In this document: in pieces, positions 51,101 to 64,000 of the stretch | Layout: each line of letters opens with the position of its first letter | How positions within the stretch are numbered: position 1 is the first letter of the stretch | Source: Eledone cirrhosa | Taxonomy: Eukaryota | Reading direction: 5' to 3' | Assembly (NCBI GenBank): GCA_964016885.1 | Contig: OZ024742.1 | Span: forward strand, 341,062,001 to 341,126,000 | Length of the DNA stretch: 64,000 bases | Translations under genes and position numbers: made by a program | The notes under the pieces: generated by a model | What the model saw: only the letters and a program-made list of their open reading frames with translations | Told to the model about the DNA's origin: nothing | Database searches by the model: none

Positions 51101-54100
51101 TGCCTGTCAGTGTGTCTGTGTTTGTCTATAGGTACTTTAGAAGTGCCTGTCTGTCTGTCTGTGTTTGTCTATAGGTACTTTAGGAGTGCCTGTCTGTGTG
51201 TCTGTGTTTGTCTATAGGTACTTTAGGAGTGCCTTTCTGTGTGTCTCTGTTTGTCTATAGGTATGTTAGGAGTGCCTGTCTGTGTGTCTGTGTTTGTCTA
51301 TAGGTACTTTAGGAGTGCCTTTCTGTGTGTCTGTGTTTGTCTATAGGTACTTTAGGAGTGCCTGTCTGTGTGTCTGTGTTTGTCAATAGGTACTTTAGGA
51401 GTGCCTGTCTGTGTGTCTGTGTTTGTCTATAGGTACTTTAGGAGTGCCTGTCTGTGTGTCTGTGTTTGTCAATAGGTACTTTAGGAGTGCCTGTCAGCGT
51501 GTCTGTGTTTGTCTATAGGTACTTTAGGAGTGCCTTTCTGTGTGTCTGTGTTTGTCTATAGGTACTTAAGAAGTGCCTGTCTGTGTGTCTGTGTTTGTCT
51601 ATAGGTACTTTAGGAGTGCCTGTCTGTGTGTCTGTGTTTGTCTATAGGTACTTTAGGAGTGCCTTTCTGTGTGTCAGTGTTTGTCTATAGGTACTTTAGG
51701 AGTGCCTGTCTCTGTGTCTGTTTATGTCTATAGGTACTTTAGGAGTGCCTGTCTGTGTGTCTGTGTTTGTCTATAGGTACTTTAGGAGTGTCTGTCAGTG
51801 TGTCTGTGTTTGTCTATAGGTACTTTAGGAGTGCCTGTCTGTGTGTCTGTGTTTGTCTATAGGTACTTTAGGAATGCCTGTCTGTGTGTCTGTGTTTGTC
51901 TATAGGTACTTTAGGAGTGCCTGTCTGTGTGTCTGTGTTTGTCTATAGGTACTTTAGGAGTGCCTGTCAGCGTGTTTGTGTATGTCTATAGGTACTTTAG
52001 GAGTGCCTGTCAGTGTGTCTGTGTTTGTCTATAGGTACTTTAGGAGTGCCTGTCGGTGTGTCTGTGTTTGTCTATAGGTACTTTAGGAGTGCCTGTCAGT
52101 GTGTCTGTGTTTGTCTATAGGTACTTTAGGAGTGCCTGTCAGCGTGTCTGTGTTTGTCTATAGGTACTTTAGGAGTGCCTGTCAGCGTGTCTGTGTTTGT
52201 CTATAGGTACTTTAGGAGTGCCTGTCAGCGTGTCTGTGTTTGTCTATAGGTACTTTAGGAGTGCCTGTCTGTGTGTCTGTCTTTGTCTATAGGTACTTTA
52301 GGAGTGCCTGTCAGTGTGTCTGTGTTTGTCTATAGGTACTTTAGGAGTGCCTGTCAGTGTGTCTGTGTTTGTCTATAGGTACTTTAGGAGTGCCTGTCAG
52401 TGTGTCTGTGTATGTCTATAGGTACTTTAGGAGTGCCTGTCTGTGGTCTCTGTTTGTCTATAGGTACTTTAGGAGTGCCTGTCAGTGTGTCTGTGTTTGT
52501 CTATAGGTACTTTAGGAGTGCCTGTCAGTGTGTCTGTGTTTGTCTATACGTACTTTAGGAGTGCCTGTCAGTGTGTCTGTGTTTGTCTACAGGTACTTTA
52601 GGAGTGCCTGTCAGTGTGTCTGTGTTTGTCTACAGGTACTTTAGGAGTGCCTGTCTGTGTGTCTGTGTTTGTCTACAGGTACTTTAGGAATGCCTGTCTG
52701 TGTGTCTGTGTTTGTCTACAGGTACTTTAGGAGTGCCTGTCAGTGTGTCTGTGTTTGTCTACAGGTACTTTAGGAGTGCCTGTCTGTGTCTCTGTGTTTG
52801 TCTATAGGTACTTTAGGAGTGCCTGTCAGTGTGTCTGTGTTTGTCTATAGGTACTTTAGGAGTGCCTGTCTGTGTGTCTGTGTTTGTCTATAGGTACTTT
52901 AGGAGTGCCTGTCAGTGTGTCTGTGTTTGTCTATAGGTACGTTAGGAGTGCCTGTCAGCGTGTCTGTGTTTGTCTATAGGTACTTTAGGAGTGCCTGTCA
53001 GCGTTTCTGTGTTTGTCTATAGGTACTTTAGGAGTGCCTGTCTGTGTGTCTGTGTTTGTCTATAGGTACTTTAGGAGTGCCTGTTATTGTGTCTGTGTTT
53101 GTCTATAGGTACTTTAGGAGTGCCTGTCTGTGTGTCTGTGTTTGTCTATAGGTACTTTAGGAGTGCCTGTCAGTGTGTCTGTGTTTGTCTATACGTACTT
53201 TAGGTGTGCCTGTCAGTGTGTCTGTGTTTGTCTATAGGTACTTTAGGAGTGCCTTTCTGTGTGTCTCTGTTTGTCTATAGGTACTTTAGGAGTGCCTGTC
53301 AGTGTGTCTGTGTTTGTCTATAGGTACTTTAGGAGTGCCTGTCTGTGTGTCTGTGTTTGTCTATAGGTACTTTAGGAGTGCCTGTCTGTGTGTCTGTGTT
53401 TGTCTATAGGTACTTTAGGAGTGCCTGTCAGCGTGTCTGTGTTTGTCTATACGTACTTTAGGAGTGCCTGTCAGTGTGTCTGTGTTTGTCTACAGGTACT
53501 TTAGGAGTGCCTGTCAGTGTGTCTGTGTTTGTCTACAGGTACTTTAGGAGTGCCTGTCTGTGTGTCTGTGTTTGTCTACAGGTACTTTAGGAGTGCCTGT
53601 CTGTGTGTCTGTGTTTGTCTACAGGTACTTTAGGAGTGCCTGTCAGTGTGTCTGTGTTTGTCTACAGGTACTTTAGGAGTGCCTGTCTGTGTGTCTGTGT
53701 TTGTCTATAGGTACTTTAGGAGTGCCTATCTGTGTGTCTGTGTTTGTCTACAGGTACTTTAGGAGTGCCTGTCTGTGTGTCTGTGTTTGTCTATAGGTAC
53801 TTTAGGAGTGCCTGTCTGTGTGTCTGTGTTTGTCTACAGGTACTTTAGGAGTGCCTGTCAGTGTGTCTGTGTTTGTCTACAGGTACTTTAGGAGTGCCTG
53901 TCTGTGTGTCTGTGTTTGTCTATAGGTACTTTAGGAGTGCCTGTCTGTGTGTCTGTGTTTGTCTACAGGTACTTTAGGAGTGCCTGTCTGTGTGTCTGTG
54001 TTTGTCTACAGGTACTTTAGGAGTGCCTGTCAGTGTGTCTGTGTTTGTCTATAGGTACTTTAGGAGTGCCTGTCTGTGTGTCTGTGTTTGTCTATAGGTA

Positions 54101-57100
54101 CTTTAGGAGTGCCTGTCTGTGTGTCTGTGTTTGTCTATAGGTACTTTAGGAGTGCCTGTCTGTGTGTCTGTGTTTGTCTATAGGTACTTTAGGAGTGCCT
54201 GTCAGCGTGTCTGTGTTTGTCTATACGTACTTTAGGAGTGCCTGTCAGTGTGTCTGTGTTTGTCTATAGGTACTTTAGGAGTGCCTGTCTGTGTGTCTGT
54301 GTTTGTCTACAGGTACTTTAGGAGTGCCTGTCAGTGTGTCTGTGTTTGTCTACAGGTACTTTAGAAGTGCCTGTCAGTGTGTCTGTGTTTGTCTATACGT
54401 ACTTTAGGAGTGCCTGTCAGTGTGTCTGTGTTTGTCTATAGGTACTTTAGGAGTGCCTGTCAGCGTGTCTGTGTTTGTCTATACGTACTTTAGGAGTGCC
54501 TGTCAGTGTGTCTGTGTTTGTCTATAGGTACTTTAGGAGTGCCTGTCTGTGTGTCTGTGTTTGTCTACAGGTACTTTAGGAGTGCCTGTCAGTGTGTCTG
54601 TGTTTGTCTACAGGTACTTTAGAAGTGCCTGTCAGTGTGTCTGTGTTTGTCTATACGTACTTTAGGAGTGCCTGTCAGTGTGTCTGTGTTTGTCTACAGG
54701 TACTTTAGGAGTGCCTGTCTGTGGTCTCTGTTTGTCTATAGGTACTTTAGGAGTGCCTGTCAGTGTGTCTGTGTTTGTCTATAGGTACTTTAGGAGTGCC
54801 TGTCAGTGTGTCTGTGTTTGTCTATACGTACTTTAGGAGTGCCTGTCAGTGTGTCTGTGTTTGTCTACAGGTACTTTAGGAGTGCCTGTCAGTGTGTCTG
54901 TGTTTGTCTACAGGTACTTTAGGAGTGCCTGTCTGTGTGTCTGTGTTTGTCTACAGGTACTTTAGGAATGCCTGTCTGTGTGTCTGTGTTTTTCTACAGG
55001 TACTTTAGGAGTGCCTGTCAGTGTGTCTGTGTTTGTCTACAGGTACTTTAGGAGTGCCTGTCTGTGTCTCTGTGTTTGTCTATAGGTACTTTAGGAGTGC
55101 CTGTCAGTGTGTCTGTGTTTGTCTATAGGTACTTTAGGAGTGCCTGTCTGTGTGTCTGTGTTTGTCTATAGGTACTTTAGGAGTGCCTGTCAGTGTGTCT
55201 GTGTTTGTCTATAGGTACGTTAGGAGTGCCTGTCAGCGTGTCTGTGTTTGTCTATAGGTACTTTAGGAGTGCCTGTCAGCGTTTCTGTGTTTGTCTATAG
55301 GTACTTTAGGAGTGCCTGTCTGTGTGTCTGTGTTTGTCTATAGGTACTTTAGGAGTGCCTGTTATTGTGTCTGTGTTTGTCTATAGGTACTTTAGGAGTG
55401 CCTGTCTGTGTGTCTGTGTTTGTCTATAGGTACTTTAGGAGTGCCTGTCAGTGTGTCTGTGTTTGTCTATACGTACTTTAGGTGTGCCTGTCAGTGTGTC
55501 TGTGTTTGTCTATAGGTACTTTAGGAGTGCCTTTCTGTGTGTCTCTGTTTGTCTATAGGTACTTTAGGAGTGCCTGTCAGTGTGTCTGTGTTTGTCTATA
55601 GGTACTTTAGGAGTGTCTGTCTGTGTGTCTGTGTTTGTCTATAGGTACTTTAGGAGTGCCTGTCTGTGTGTCTGTGTTTGTCTATAGGTACTTTAGGAGT
55701 GCCTGTCAGCGTGTCTGTGTTTGTCTATACGTACTTTAGGAGTGCCTGTCAGTGTGTCTGTGTTTGTCTACAGGTACTTTAGGAGTGCCTGTCAGTGTGT
55801 CTGTGTTTGTCTACAGGTACTTTAGGAGTGCCTGTCTGTGTGTCTGTGTTTGTCTACAGGTACTTTAGGAGTGCCTGTCTGTGTGTCTGTGTTTGTCTAC
55901 AGGTACTTTAGGAGTGCCTGTCAGTGTGTCTGTGTTTGTCTACAGGTACTTTAGGAGTGCCTGTCTGTGTGTCTGTGTTTGTCTATAGGTACTTTAGGAG
56001 TGCCTATCTGTGTGTCTGTGTTTGTCTACAGGTACTTTAGGAGTGCCTGTCTGTGTGTCTGTGTTTGTCTATAGGTACTTTAGGAGTGCCTGTCTGTGTG
56101 TCTGTGTTTGTCTACAGGTACTTTAGGAGTGCCTGTCAGTGTGTCTGTGTTTGTCTACAGGTACTTTAGGAGTGCCTGTCTGTGTGTCTGTGTTTGTCTA
56201 TAGGTACTTTAGGAGTGCCTGTCTGTGTGTCTGTGTTTGTCTACAGGTACTTTAGGAGTGCCTGTCTGTGTGTCTGTGTTTGTCTACAGGTACTTTAGGA
56301 GTGCCTGTCAGTGTGTCTGTGTTTGTCTATAGGTACTTTAGGAGTGCCTGTCTGTGTGTCTGTGTTTGTCTATAGGTACTTTAGGAGTGCCTGTCTGTGT
56401 GTCTGTGTTTGTCTATAGGTACTTTAGGAGTGCCTGTCTGTGTGTCTGTGTTTGTCTATAGGTACTTTAGGAGTGCCTGTCAGCGTGTCTGTGTTTGTCT
56501 ATACGTACTTTAGCAGTGCCTGTCAGTGTGTCTGTGTTTGTCTATAGGTACTTTAGGAGTGCCTGTCTGTGTGTCTGTGTTTGTCTACAGGTACTTTAGG
56601 AGTGCCTGTCAGTGTGTCTGTGTTTGTCTACAGGTACTTTAGAAGTGCCTGTCAGTGTGTCTGTGTTTGTCTATACGTACTTTAGGAGTGCCTGTCAGTG
56701 TGTCTGTGTTTGTCTATAGGTACTTTAGGAGTGCCTGTCTGTGTGTCTGTGTTTGTCTACAGGTACTTTAGGAGTGCCTGTCAGTGTGTCTGTGTTTGTC
56801 TACAGGTACTTTAGAAGTGCCTGTCACTCTGTCTATGTTTGTCTACAGGAACTTTAGGAGTGCCTGTCTGTGTGTCTGTGTTTGTCTATAGGTATTTTCG
56901 GAGTGCCTGTCTATGTGTCTGTGTTTGTCTACAGGTACTTTAGGAGTGCCTGTCTGTGTGTCTGTGTTTGTCTACAGGTACTTTAGGAGTGCCTGTCAGT
57001 GTGTCTGTGTTTGTCTATAGGTACTTTAGCAGTGCCTGTCTGTGTGTCTGTGTTTGTCTACAGGTACTTTAGGATTGCCTGTCAGTGTGTCTGTGTTTGT

Positions 57101-60100
57101 CTATAGGTACTTTAGGAGTGCCTGTCTGTGTGTATGTGTTTGTCTATAGGTACTTTAGGAGTGCCTGTCCGTGTGTCTGTGTTTGTCTATAGGTACTTTA
57201 GGAGTGCCTGTCAGCGTGTCTGTGTTTGTCTATAGGTACTTTGGGAGTGCCTGTCTGTGTGTCTGTGTTTGTCTATAGGTACTTTGGGAGTGCCTGTCTG
57301 TGTGTCTGTGTTTGTCTATAGGTACTTTAGGAGTGCCTGTCTGTGTGTCTGTGTTTGTCTACAGGTACTTTAGGAGTGCCTGTCTGTGTGTCTGTGTTTG
57401 TCTACAGGTACTTTAGGAGTGCCTGTCTGTGTGTCTGTGTTTGTCTATAGGTACTTTAGGAGTGCCTGTCTGTGTGTCTGTGTTTGTCTATAGGTACTTT
57501 AGGAGTGCCTGTCTGTGTGTCTGTGTTTGTCTACAGGTACTTTAGGAGTGCCTGTCTGTGTGTCTGTGTTTGTCTATAGGTACTTTAGGAGTGCCTGTCT
57601 GTGTGTCTGTGTTTGTCTATAGGTTCTTTAGGAGTGCCTGTCAGTGTGTCTGTGTTTGTCTATAGGTACTTTAGAAGTGCCTGTCTGTGTGTCTGTGTTT
57701 GTCTATAGATACTTTAGGAGTGCCTGTCTGTGTGTCAGTGTTTGTCTATAGGTACTTTAGGAGTGCCTGTCTGTGTGTCTGTGTTTGTCTATAGGTACTT
57801 TAGAAGTGCCTGTCAGCGTGTCTGTGTTTGTCTATAGGTACTTTAGGAGTGCCTGTCTGTGTGTCTGTGTTTGTCTATAGGTACTTTAGGAGTGCCTGTT
57901 ATTGTGTCTGTGTTTGTCTATAGGTACTTTAGGAGTGCCTGTCTGTGTGTCTGTGTTTGTCTATAGGTACTTTAGGAGTGCCTGTCAGTGTGTCTGTGTT
58001 TGTCTATACGTACTTTAGGTGTGCCTGTCAGTGTGTCTGTGTTTGTCTATAGGTACTTTAGGAGTGCCTTTCTGTGTGTCTCTGTTTGTCTATAGGTACT
58101 TTAGGAGTGCCTGTCAGTGTGTCTGTGTTTGTCTATAGGTACTTTAGGAGTGCCTGTCTGTGTGTCTGTGTTTGTCTATAGGTACTTTAGGAGTGCCTGT
58201 CTGTGTGTCTGTGTTTGTCTATAGGTACTTTAGGAGTGCCTGTCAGCGTGTCTGTGTTTGTCTATACGTACTTTAGGAGTGCCTGTCAGTGTGTCTGTGT
58301 TTGTCTACAGGTACTTTAGGAGTGCCTGTCAGTGTGTCTGTGTTTGTCTACAGGTACTTTAGGAGTGCCTGTCTGTGTGTCTGTGTTTGTCTACAGGTAC
58401 TTTAGGAGTGCCTGTCTGTGTGTCTGTGTTTGTCTACAGGTACTTTAGGAGTGCCTGTCAGTGTGTCTGTGTTTGTCTACAGGTACTTTAGGAGTGCCTG
58501 TCTGTGTGTCTGTGTTTGTCTATAGGTACTTTAGGAGTGCCTATCTGTGTGTCTGTGTTTGTCTACAGGTACTTTAGGCGTGCCTGTCTGTGTGTCTGTG
58601 TTTGTCTATAGGTACTTTAGGAGTGCCTGTCAGTGTGTCTGTGTTTGTCTATAGGTACTTTAGGAGTGCCTGTCAGTGTGTCTGTGTTTGTCTATAGGTA
58701 CGTTAGGAGTGCCTGTCTGTGTGTCTGTGTTTGTCTATAGATACCTTAGGAGTGCCTGTCTGTGTGTCTGTGTTTGTCTATAGGTACTTTAGAAGTGCCT
58801 GTCTGTGTGTCTGTGTTTGTCTATAGGTACTTTAGGAGTGCCTGTCAGTGTGTCTGTGTTTGTCTATAGGTACTTTAGAAGTGCCTGTCTGTCGGTCTGT
58901 CTTTGTCTATAGGTACTTTAGGAGTGCCTGTCTGTGTGTCTGTGTTTGTCTATAGGTACTTTAGGAGTGCCTTTCTGTGTGTCTCTGTTTGTCTATAGGT
59001 ATGTTAGGAGTGCCTGTCTGTGTGTCTGTGTTTGTCTATAGGTACTTTAGGAGTGCCTTTCTGTGTGTCTGTGTTTGTCTATAGGTACTTTAGGAGTGCC
59101 TGTCTGTGTGTCTGTGTTTGTCTATAGGTACTTTAGGAGTGCCTGTCTGTGTGTCTGTGTTTGTCTATAGGTACTTTAGGAGTGCCTGTCTGTGTGTCTG
59201 TGTTTGTCAATAGGTACTTTAGGAGTGCCTGTCAGCGTGTCTGTGTTTGTCTATAGGTACTTTAGGAGTGCCTTTCTGTGTGTCTGTGTTTGTCTATAGG
59301 TACTTAAGAAGTGCCTGTCTGTGTGTCTGTGTTTGTCTATAGGTACTTTAGGAGTGCCTGTCTGTGTGTCTGTGTTTGTCTATAGGTACTTTAGGAGTGC
59401 CTTTCTGTGTGTCAGTGTTTGTCTATAGGTACTTTAGGAGTGCCTGTCTGTGTGTCTGTTTATGTCTATAGGTACTTTATGAGTGCCTGTCTGTGTGTCT
59501 GTGTTTGTCTATAGGTACTTTAGGAGTGTCTGTCAGTGTGCCTGTGTTTGTCTATAGGTACTTTAGGAGTGCCTGTCTGTGTGTCTGTGTTTGTCTATAG
59601 GTACTTTGGGAATGCCTGTCTGTGTGTCTGTGTTTGTCTATAGGAACTTTAGGAGTGCCTGTCTGTGTGTCTGTGTTTGTCTATAGGTACTTTAGGAGTG
59701 CCTGTCAGCGTGTCTGTGTTTGTCTATAGGTACTTTAGGAGTGCCTGTCAGTGTGTCTGTATTTGTCTATAGGTACTTTAGGAGTGCCTGTCAGTGTGTC
59801 TGTGTTTGTCTATAGGTACTTTAGGAGTGCCTGTCAGTGTGTCTGTGTTTGTCTATAGGTACTTTAGGAGTGCCTGTCAGCGTGTCTGTGTTTGTCTATA
59901 GGTACTTTAGGAGTGCCTGTCTGTGTGTCTGGGTTTGTCTATAGGTACTTTAGGAGTGCCTGTCTGTGTGTCTGTGTTTGTCTATAGGTACTTTAGAAGT
60001 GCCTGTCTGTCTGTCTGTGTTTGTCTATAGGTACTTTAGGAGTGCCTGTCTGTGTGTCTGTGTTTGTCTATAGGTACTTTAGGAGTGCCTTTCTGTGTGT

Positions 60101-63100
60101 CTCTGTTTGTCTATAGGTATGTTAGGAGTGCCTGTCTGTGTGTCTGTGTTTGTCTATAGGTACTTTAGGAGTGCCTTTCTGTGTGTCTGTGTTTGTCTAT
60201 AGGTACTTTAGGAGTGCCTGTCTGTGTGTCTGTGTTTGTCAATAGGTACTTTAGGAGTGCCTGTCTGTGTGTCTGTGTTTGTCTATAGGTACTTTAGGAG
60301 TGCCTGTCTGTGTGTCTGTGTTTGTCAATAGGTACTTTAGGAGTGCCTGTCAGCGTGTCTGTGTTTGTCTATAGGTACTTTAGGAGTGCCTTTCTGTGTG
60401 TCTGTGTTTGTCTATAGGTACTTAAGAAGTGCCTGTCTGTGTGTCTGTGTTTGTCTATAGGTACTTTAGGAGTGCCTGTCTGTGTGTCTGTGTTTGTCTA
60501 TAGGTACTTTAGGAGTGCCTTTCTGTGTGTCAGTGTTTGTCTATAGGTACTTTAGGAGTGCCTGTCTCTGTGTCTGTTTATGTCTATAGGTACTTTAGGA
60601 GTGCCTGTCTGTGTGTCTGTGTTTGTCTATAGGTACTTTAGGAGTGTCTGTCAGTGTGTCTGTGTTTGTCTATAGGTACTTTAGGAGTGCCTGTCTGTGT
60701 GTCTGTGTTTGTCTATAGGTACTTTAGGAATGCCTGTCTGTGTGTCTGTGTTTGTCTATAGGTACTTTAGGAGTGCCTGTCTGTGTGTCTGTGTTTGTCT
60801 ATAGGTACTTTAGGAGTGCCTGTCAGCGTGTTTGTGTATGTCTATAGGTACTTTAGGAGTGCCTGTCAGTGTGTCTGTGTTTGTCTATAGGTACTTTAGG
60901 AGTGCCTGTCGGTGTGTCTGTGTTTGTCTATAGGTACTTTAGGAGTGCCTGTCAGTGTGTCTGTGTTTGTCTATAGGTACTTTAGGAGTGCCTGTCAGCG
61001 TGTCTGTGTTTGTCTATAGGTACTTTAGGAGTGCCTGTCAGCGTGTCTGTGTTTGTCTATAGGTACTTTAGGAGTGCCTGTCAGCGTGTCTGTGTTTGTC
61101 TATAGGTACTTTAGGAGTGCCTGTCTGTGTGTCTGTCTTTGTCTATAGGTACTTTAGGAGTGCCTGTCAGTGTGTCTGTGTTTGTCTATAGGTACTTTAG
61201 GAGTGCCTGTCAGTGTGTCTGTGTTTGTCTATAGGTACTTTAGGAGTGCCTGTCAGTGTGTCTGTGTATGTCTATAGGTACTTTAGGAGTGCCTGTCTGT
61301 GGTCTCTGTTTGTCTATAGGTACTTTAGGAGTGCCTGTCAGTGTGTCTGTGTTTGTCTATAGGTACGTTAGGAGTGCCTGTCAGCGTGTCTGTGTTTGTC
61401 TATAGGTACTTTAGGAGTGCCTGTCAGCGTTTCTGTGTTTGTCTATAGGTACTTTAGGAGTGCCTGTCTGTGTGTCTGTGTTTGTCTATAGGTACTTTAG
61501 GAGTGCCTGTTATTGTGTCTGTGTTTGTCTATAGGTACTTTAGGAGTGCCTGTCTGTGTGTCTGTGTTTGTCTATAGGTACTTTAGGAGTGCCTGTCAGT
61601 GTGTCTGTGTTTGTCTATACGTACTTTAGGTGTGCCTGTCAGTGTGTCTGTGTTTGTCTATAGGTACTTTAGGAGTGCCTTTCTGTGTGTCTCTGTTTGT
61701 CTATAGGTACTTTAGGAGTGCCTGTCAGTGTGTCTGTGTTTGTCTATAGGTACTTTAGGAGTGCCTGTCTGTGTGTCTGTGTTTGTCTATAGGTACTTTA
61801 GGAGTGCCTGTCTGTGTGTCTGTGTTTGTCTATAGGTACTTTAGGAGTGCCTGTCAGCGTGTCTGTGTTTGTCTATACGTACTTTAGGAGTGCCTGTCAG
61901 TGTGTCTGTGTTTGTCTACAGGTACTTTAGGAGTGCCTGTCAGTGTGTCTGTGTTTGTCTACAGGTACTTTAGGAGTGCCTGTCTGTGTGTCTGTGTTTG
62001 TCTACAGGTACTTTAGGAGTGCCTGTCTGTGTGTCTGTGTTTGTCTACAGGTACTTTAGGAGTGCCTGTCAGTGTGTCTGTGTTTGTCTACAGGTACTTT
62101 AGGAGTGCCTGTCTGTGTGTCTGTGTTTGTCTATAGGTACTTTAGGAGTGCCTATCTGTGTGTCTGTGTTTGTCTACAGGTACTTTAGGAGTGCCTGTCT
62201 GTGTGTCTGTGTTTGTCTATAGGTACTTTAGGAGTGCCTGTCTGTGTGTCTGTGTTTGTCTACAGGTACTTTAGGAGTGCCTGTCAGTGTGTCTGTGTTT
62301 GTCTACAGGTACTTTAGGAGTGCCTGTCTGTGTGTCTGTGTTTGTCTATAGGTACTTTAGGAGTGCCTGTCTGTGTGTCTGTGTTTGTCTACAGGTACTT
62401 TAGGAGTGCCTGTCTGTGTGTCTGTGTTTGTCTACAGGTACTTTAGGAGTGCCTGTCAGTGTGTCTGTGTTTGTCTATAGGTACTTTAGGAGTGCCTGTC
62501 TGTGTGTCTGTGTTTGTCTATAGGTACTTTAGGAGTGCCTGTCTGTGTGTCTGTGTTTGTCTATAGGTACTTTAGGAGTGCCTGTCTGTGTGTCTGTGTT
62601 TGTCTATAGGTACTTTAGGAGTGCCTGTCAGCGTGTCTGTGTTTGTCTATACGTACTTTAGGAGTGCCTGTCAGTGTGTCTGTGTTTGTCTATAGGTACT
62701 TTAGGAGTGCCTGTCTGTGTGTCTGTGTTTGTCTACAGGTACTTTAGGAGTGCCTGTCAGTGTGTCTGTGTTTGTCTACAGGTACTTTAGAAGTGCCTGT
62801 CAGTGTGTCTGTGTTTGTCTATACGTACTTTAGGAGTGCCTGTCAGTGTGTCTGTGTTTGTCTATAGGTACTTTAGGAGTGCCTGTCAGCGTGTCTGTGT
62901 TTGTCTATACGTACTTTAGGAGTGCCTGTCAGTGTGTCTGTGTTTGTCTATAGGTACTTTAGGAGTGCCTGTCTGTGTGTCTGTGTTTGTCTACAGGTAC
63001 TTTAGGAGTGCCTGTCAGTGTGTCTGTGTTTGTCTACAGGTACTTTAGAAGTGCCTGTCAGTGTGTCTGTGTTTGTCTATACGTACTTTAGGAGTGCCTG

Positions 63101-64000
63101 TCAGTGTGTCTGTGTTTGTCTACAGGTACTTTAGGAGTGCCTGTCTGTGGTCTCTGTTTGTCTATAGGTACTTTAGGAGTGCCTGTCAGTGTGTCTGTGT
63201 TTGTCTATAGGTACTTTAGGAGTGCCTGTCAGTGTGTCTGTGTTTGTCTATACGTACTTTAGGAGTGCCTGTCAGTGTGTCTGTGTTTGTCTACAGGTAC
63301 TTTAGGAGTGCCTGTCAGTGTGTCTGTGTTTGTCTACAGGTACTTTAGGAGTGCCTGTCTGTGTGTCTGTGTTTGTCTACAGGTACTTTAGGAATGCCTG
63401 TCTGTGTGTCTGTGTTTTTCTACAGGTACTTTAGGAGTGCCTGTCAGTGTGTCTGTGTTTGTCTACAGGTACTTTAGGAGTGCCTGTCTGTGTCTCTGTG
63501 TTTGTCTATAGGTACTTTAGGAGTGCCTGTCAGTGTGTCTGTGTTTGTCTATAGGTACTTTAGGAGTGCCTGTCTGTGTGTCTGTGTTTGTCTATAGGTA
63601 CTTTAGGAGTGCCTGTCAGTGTGTCTGTGTTTGTCTATAGGTACGTTAGGAGTGCCTGTCAGCGTGTCTGTGTTTGTCTATAGGTACTTTAGGAGTGCCT
63701 GTCAGCGTTTCTGTGTTTGTCTATAGGTACTTTAGGAGTGCCTGTCTGTGTGTCTGTGTTTGTCTATAGGTACTTTAGGAGTGCCTGTTATTGTGTCTGT
63801 GTTTGTCTATAGGTACTTTAGGAGTGCCTGTCTGTGTGTCTGTGTTTGTCTATAGGTACTTTAGGAGTGCCTGTCAGTGTGTCTGTGTTTGTCTATACGT
63901 ACTTTAGGTGTGCCTGTCAGTGTGTCTGTGTTTGTCTATAGGTACTTTAGGAGTGCCTTTCTGTGTGTCTCTGTTTGTGTATAGGTACTTTAGGAGTGCC
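39111..64000 (+). repeat. 43-bp satellite array, about 580 units, runs off the window end
   Basis: Consensus TTAGGAGTGCCTGTCTGTGTGTCTGTGTTTGTCTATAGGTACT; period checked (taggag at 39241, 39284, 39542); common variants ctg/cag, tat/tac, agg/acg. Confidence 0.98.

Noticed and set aside
39111-64000. CRISPR array or repetitive coding sequence
   Set aside because: Units are contiguous with no unique spacers, no cas genes are present, the context is eukaryotic, and no ORF is reported in the array.

Overview
Eukaryotic, very AT-rich DNA saturated with (TA)n, (CA)n and (GA)n microsatellites. The repeat content resembles an octopus or other cephalopod genome (inference). No host gene can be supported, and almost all ORFs in the track are microsatellite artefacts. 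Bases 1-39110 are a mosaic of retroelements sitting in (TA)n tracts. These include a 5'-truncated Penelope-like element (PLE; RT + GIY-YIG, 10098-11610) in a ~7.3 kb fold-back, a second PLE nested in its left arm, and many short fold-back PLE termini. There are also tRNA-derived SINEs and R4/Dong, RTE and hATm relics. Bases 39111-64000 are a 43-bp satellite array with nested higher-order repeats. The main hidden signal is an unusually dense set of type I hammerhead ribozyme (HHR) motifs, read by eye. I found 15 with the canonical CUGANGA...GAAA core and about 12 more with variant cores: a compensatory U3-A8 core in several unrelated families, a family-wide U4A core, and one U4C. They lie near the ends of the PLE-type inserts, often as mirror-image pairs.
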